Positions 59,810-64,000 of a stretch of 64,000 nucleotides of DNA are shown in pieces (positions within the stretch are counted from its first letter, which is position 1; the number at the start of each line of letters is the position of its first letter). The stretch is from Bacteroidota bacterium (GTDB lineage: Bacteria; Bacteroidota; Ignavibacteria; UBA10030; BY39), in the NCBI GenBank assembly GCA_030017895.1, contig JASEGV010000005.1, positions 5,988 to 69,987 on the forward strand, read 5' to 3'. Under the pieces are notes generated by a model. That model worked only from the letters and a program-made list of their open reading frames with translations. It did not search any database and had not been told where the DNA came from. A program made the position numbers and the translations under genes.

Positions 59810-61180
59810 ATGAACAAAATAATACAGGAGAATATCTTGAAGATAAAATGCATCATAATTCTTTTATCTTTTTTCTTAATTACAGCTACAATTATAAAAG
59901 CACAAGAGAATGTAGCAAGAAAGATAAATTTACAAACTGCTATCGAGCTTGCACTCGAACAGAATAAAGCTCTGAACATCAGTAAACTTGAAGTTGATAA
60001 AACTCATTCCAAGTTGACTGAAGCCCGCAGTAATCTGCTTCCGAAAATTAATGCAAGCGGTCAATACACTAACAACATTAAAAAGCCGGTAATATTTTTA
60101 CCGCCGGGAACACCATTCAGCAGACCGGGACAGCCGGCAATTATGGAAATCGGTTCCGACCATTCATATTCAGGAATAATTTCAGCATCACTACCGGTTT
60201 TCTCATATCCGATTTACATCGGTATGTCGATGGCAAACACTGGTAAAGATTTAGCAGAAGAAACTTTCAGAGGTACAAAATTTAAAACGATTGCAGATGT
60301 TAAAAAATCGTTCTACGGTGTATTACTATCTCGCGAAGTGAAAAACCTGATGATTGCAAGTTTGAAAAACGCAAACGATAATTTCGAGAACGTACGAAAA
60401 ATGCAAAAACAAGGTTTGGTTTCTGAATACGATTTAATCCGCGCCGAGGTTCAAGTTGAGAATGTGAAACCAATTGCACTTCAAGCTGAAAATAATTATG
60501 AACTTGCAAAGAACTCGTTCAAAATTGCATTAGGTTTAGATGCTTCAGTAAATATAGATATCGATGGCGAACTGGATTATAAACAAACCGAAACCCCAAA
60601 TTTTACGAGGACGGTAGAGGTATTAGACCAAAACAATTCTGATATAAAACAACTGCAATATCACGTAGATATCGCAAAATCGATGATAAATTTAGAACGC
60701 AGCGGACATTTACCCACACTTGCTGCTTTCGGAAATTACCAATATCAAACTCAAGCAAACGACTTAAAATTCAAAGATTATAATTGGGTAAACACGCAAT
60801 TTGTTGGACTACAATTGCAAATTCCGATTTTTAACGGTTGGGGAACTCAGGCAAAAATCGACCAAGCTAAAATTTCCTACCAGCAATTGCTTGATAGGCA
60901 AAACCTGCTGACCGAAGCGGTTAAGATTCAAGCACAAAATGTAATATACCGGATTGAACAAGGGAAAAAACGCATTGATGGACAGGATAAGGCGATTGCA
61001 CAAGCCGAACGTGGATTCGAGATTGCAAAGTCGAGATACAGCAATGGACTCGGAACTCAATTAGAAGTGAACGATGCCGAACTCGCTCTCACTCAGTCAA
61101 AGGTGAATTACTTTCAGGCAGTTTACGATTATAATTCTGCTGTTGCAGAGTTAGAACAACTTTTAGGAAATAATTTTTAA
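59810..61180 (+). CDS. TolC-family outer-membrane efflux protein
   Basis: Signal peptide; two OEP repeats ('LLPKINAS', 'HLPTL', 'QIPIFNG', 'RYSNGLGTQLEV'). Confidence 0.92.
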   Translation: MNKIIQENILKIKCIIILLSFFLITATIIKAQENVARKINLQTAIELALEQNKALNISKLEVDKTHSKLTEARSNLLPKINASGQYTNNIKKPVIFLPPGTPFSRPGQPAIMEIGSDHSYSGIISASLPVFSYPIYIGMSMANTGKDLAEETFRGTKFKTIADVKKSFYGVLLSREVKNLMIASLKNANDNFENVRKMQKQGLVSEYDLIRAEVQVENVKPIALQAENNYELAKNSFKIALGLDASVNIDIDGELDYKQTETPNFTRTVEVLDQNNSDIKQLQYHVDIAKSMINLERSGHLPTLAAFGNYQYQTQANDLKFKDYNWVNTQFVGLQLQIPIFNGWGTQAKIDQAKISYQQLLDRQNLLTEAVKIQAQNVIYRIEQGKKRIDGQDKAIAQAERGFEIAKSRYSNGLGTQLEVNDAELALTQSKVNYFQAVYDYNSAVAELEQLLGNNF

Positions 61181-61190
61181 ATAGGATAAT

Positions 61191-62222
61191 ATGAGACAGA
61201 TTAATGTATTAACATCAATTTTATTCGCAGTATTATTAGTAGGATGCGGATCTAAAACAAACAACACCAACTACGAGCCGGTAATCCCGGTTGAAGTTCA
61301 TCAGGTCGGTAAAATGAAAATAGAACGGACTTTAGATTTTGCCGGAACCGTTATGGCTTGGCGTGAAACCAACTTGGGAGCTCAAACCTCAGGCAGAATC
61401 GAAAAGATTTTTGTGAAAGAAGGCGACGAAGTTAAAGAGGGGGATGTGCTAGTTCAAATGGACGATACGCAGCTAACGCAAGCACGCATTCAATGCGAAA
61501 TTGCGAAAGAAGATTTCACAAGAATGAAACCGTTGTTTGATGAAGGCTCAATATCGCCGCAGCAATTCGATAAAGTAAAAGCTGGTTACGAAACTACAAA
61601 ATCAACTTACGAATTAATTCTTCGCAACACGCAGTTACGCGCACCCTTTTCAGGAGTCATCACGGCAAAACGTATGAACGAGGGAGAAGTATTCCTGCTT
61701 GCACCGGGTGCAGGCGGGGCTCCGGCAATCGTGAACATTATGCAAATTGACGTTTTAAAAATTCTTGTTAATGTTGCCGAAAGCAACTTCCCTAACATAC
61801 GGCTCGGTCAAACGGCGGCTATCGAAGTTGATGTTTATCCCAATCAAAGTTTTTCCGGAACGGTTTCGAGAGTTGACCCCGCAATAAATCCGATGACTCG
61901 AACCTTCGCTGTTGAAGTAAAAGTTCCTAACAGTAAGCGAATTCTCAGACCGGGAATGTTTGCCCGTGTGATGATAAAAACTGGAGATATTGAGGCACTT
62001 ATAATTCCACGCAGTGCACTAATCAAACAATTGGGAACAAACATTCTGTACACATACATAATTGAAAATGATACCGCAAAACGACGTCAAGTAATTTTAG
62101 GAAAAGAGATGGATGAAATTGTTGAAGTAATTTCCGGACTTGATATCGGTAACCAACTCGTAGTCAAAGGTATGGGTCGCCTCAAGGATGGTTCACCCGC
62201 CCAAATCGTAAGTAGTAATTAA
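61191..62222 (+). CDS. RND efflux periplasmic adaptor (MFP) lipoprotein
   Basis: Lipobox LVGC; 'SGRIEKIFVKEGDEVKEG', 'LRAPFSGVI', 'LRPGMFA'. Confidence 0.93.
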   Translation: MRQINVLTSILFAVLLVGCGSKTNNTNYEPVIPVEVHQVGKMKIERTLDFAGTVMAWRETNLGAQTSGRIEKIFVKEGDEVKEGDVLVQMDDTQLTQARIQCEIAKEDFTRMKPLFDEGSISPQQFDKVKAGYETTKSTYELILRNTQLRAPFSGVITAKRMNEGEVFLLAPGAGGAPAIVNIMQIDVLKILVNVAESNFPNIRLGQTAAIEVDVYPNQSFSGTVSRVDPAINPMTRTFAVEVKVPNSKRILRPGMFARVMIKTGDIEALIIPRSALIKQLGTNILYTYIIENDTAKRRQVILGKEMDEIVEVISGLDIGNQLVVKGMGRLKDGSPAQIVSSN

Positions 62223-62233
62223 AGGAGGAGTGA

Positions 62234-64000
62234 ATGAATCTCCCAAAAGTATTCGTCCGACGTCCTGTTACCACAATAATGGTATTCATGGGACTATTGA
62301 TTGTTGGAATATTTGCGCTTGTTCAACTACCGATTGATTTCTTCCCCGAGATTGAACCGCCGATAGTCAGCGTTTTAACTTCATATCCGGGCGCAAGTGC
62401 GCAGGACGTTGAAAAAAACGTTACTAAAATTTTAGAAACGAGTTTAGGCACAGTAAGCGAATTGAAAAAAATAACTTCAACTTCGATGGACAACGTGTCA
62501 GTAGTTACGCTTGAATTCGAGTGGGGAACAAATTTAGATGAGGCATCGAACAACGTGCGTGATGCACTTGAATTCGGGAAACGCCGCCTGCCCGACGATG
62601 TAGAAACACCTATGATTTTCAAGTTTAGCACAAGCTGGTTTCCCGTTGTTTTCTTATCGGCTACAGCTAACGAAAACTATCCCGGCTTAAATAAACTTAT
62701 CGAACAAAAAATAGCCGACCCACTGAAACGAGTTCCGGGCGTTGGAACTGTTCTGATGTTTGGCGGACCTATTCGGCAAATTCAGATCAATGTTGACCCG
62801 AAACGATTAGAAGCATATAACCTGACCATACAACGAATCGGTCAATCGCTGCAAGCCGAAAATATTACAATGCCAGCAGGCTCCATCAAAATGGAGCGGA
62901 TGGAATACAACATCCGCATACCGGGCGAATTTACCGATGCAAACCAGATCGCAAACATCGTTGTCGGAAAGTCGCCTACGGGTAGCAGTCTAATTTATTT
63001 GAAAGATGTTGCTGAAGTTATAGATACTTTGAAGGAACGGACTATTAACGTCCGTTTGAACGGTGGCCGTGGGCTGCAAATTATCGTGCAAAAACAATCG
63101 GGTGCCAACACAGTCGCAGTTGCTTCAGCAGTGAACAAAAAGTTGGAAGAACTTAAAAAAGACTTACCATCCGATGTTAAACTTGAACAAATTTTAGACG
63201 GCTCGGTTTTTATTTTGAATTCTATTAACAATTTGACTGAAGCAATTCTGTTAGGCGGCTTTTTCGTATCAATCGTGGTATTGGTTTTTTTACGCCAATG
63301 GAAAGCAACAATCATCATCATACTTACAATTCCATTCTCGTTGATAGTCGCATTTATCTATTTATATTTTTCTAACAATACGATAAATATTATTTCACTC
63401 TCTTCCCTATCTATTGCAATCGGAATGGTAGTTGACGATGCGATAGTTATACTCGAAAACATTTCACGGCACGTTGACCGGGGCGCCCGTCCGCGCGAGG
63501 CTTCAATTTTCGGTTCAACAGAAGTCGGTCTGGCAGTAACAGCCGCTACTCTAACAATCGTCGCAGTATTTTTTCCTCTCACCTTCTTAACAGGAATGGC
63601 GGGAATAATGTTCAAGCAGTTAGGCTATCTTGTTACAATCACAATTCTAACCTCGCTGTTCGCATCGCTGACTTTGATACCAATGCTTTCTTCTCGCTGG
63701 TTAAAATCCAAAAAAGAAGAAGAACAAAAGCCGAAGCGCTTTCTGAAATTATTTGATAATAGCGAAAAGATTTTCACCTCTGTTGAAACATTTTACGGTA
63801 AAGCCCTTGAATGGTCGTTAGACCACCGAAAATATGTTATCATCGCAGGCATAGTTATCTTCTTTGTGGTTGTCGGAAGTTTTCCGTTTCTAGGTAAAGG
63901 GACTGAGTTTATGCCCAAGAGCGATGAATCGCAAATCCAGATATATGTGGAATTGCAGACAGGCAACAATTTAGATGAAACAATAAAAACAGCAAGACAA
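62234..64000 (+). CDS. RND efflux permease (AcrB/AcrD/AcrF family), truncated by the window end
   Basis: MNLPKVFVRRPVTT..., 'YPGASAQDVE', 'IGMVVDDAIVILENI'; GGAGG SD; no stop inside the window. Confidence 0.93.
   Translation, partial: MNLPKVFVRRPVTTIMVFMGLLIVGIFALVQLPIDFFPEIEPPIVSVLTSYPGASAQDVEKNVTKILETSLGTVSELKKITSTSMDNVSVVTLEFEWGTNLDEASNNVRDALEFGKRRLPDDVETPMIFKFSTSWFPVVFLSATANENYPGLNKLIEQKIADPLKRVPGVGTVLMFGGPIRQIQINVDPKRLEAYNLTIQRIGQSLQAENITMPAGSIKMERMEYNIRIPGEFTDANQIANIVVGKSPTGSSLIYLKDVAEVIDTLKERTINVRLNGGRGLQIIVQKQSGANTVAVASAVNKKLEELKKDLPSDVKLEQILDGSVFILNSINNLTEAILLGGFFVSIVVLVFLRQWKATIIIILTIPFSLIVAFIYLYFSNNTINIISLSSLSIAIGMVVDDAIVILENISRHVDRGARPREASIFGSTEVGLAVTAATLTIVAVFFPLTFLTGMAGIMFKQLGYLVTITILTSLFASLTLIPMLSSRWLKSKKEEEQKPKRFLKLFDNSEKIFTSVETFYGKALEWSLDHRKYVIIAGIVIFFVVVGSFPFLGKGTEFMPKSDESQIQIYVELQTGNNLDETIKTARQ

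Overview
AT-rich bacterial window, most consistent with an Ignavibacteria-like member of the FCB group. This is an inference from T9SS-type 'QNYPNPFNP' C-terminal tails, Shine-Dalgarno sites and canonical sigma70 promoters. Layout: (1) 1-17 kb, + strand: Wzx/Wzy surface-polysaccharide genes running into accA, a thioesterase, a Trm112-like gene, nadC, a second flippase, DUF1385 and prfA. (2) 17.4-45.5 kb, - strand: a 28-kb co-oriented array of eight secreted T9SS-cargo genes built from shuffled modules. These include two domains I cannot assign to a named family. A pilin/chaperone/usher-like trio sits in the middle of the array. (3) 46-52 kb: shikimate genes aroB, aroDE, aroA and aroC, with an intact GxxExxY gene between aroB and aroDE and a decayed one upstream of aroB. 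(4) A Type IIG-like restriction-modification fusion divergent from uvrA. (5) A TetR-TolC-MFP-RND efflux operon that runs off the window end. Non-coding DNA holds five copies of a 99-133 bp MITE with nested, variable palindromes, a second MITE type, and many REP-like hairpins, some inserted in-frame in genes. The best candidate for an undescribed system is the chaperone-usher-like pilus operon that appears co-transcribed with the modular T9SS array and shares a promoter design with it. No rRNA, tRNA, CRISPR array or transposase was recognised.
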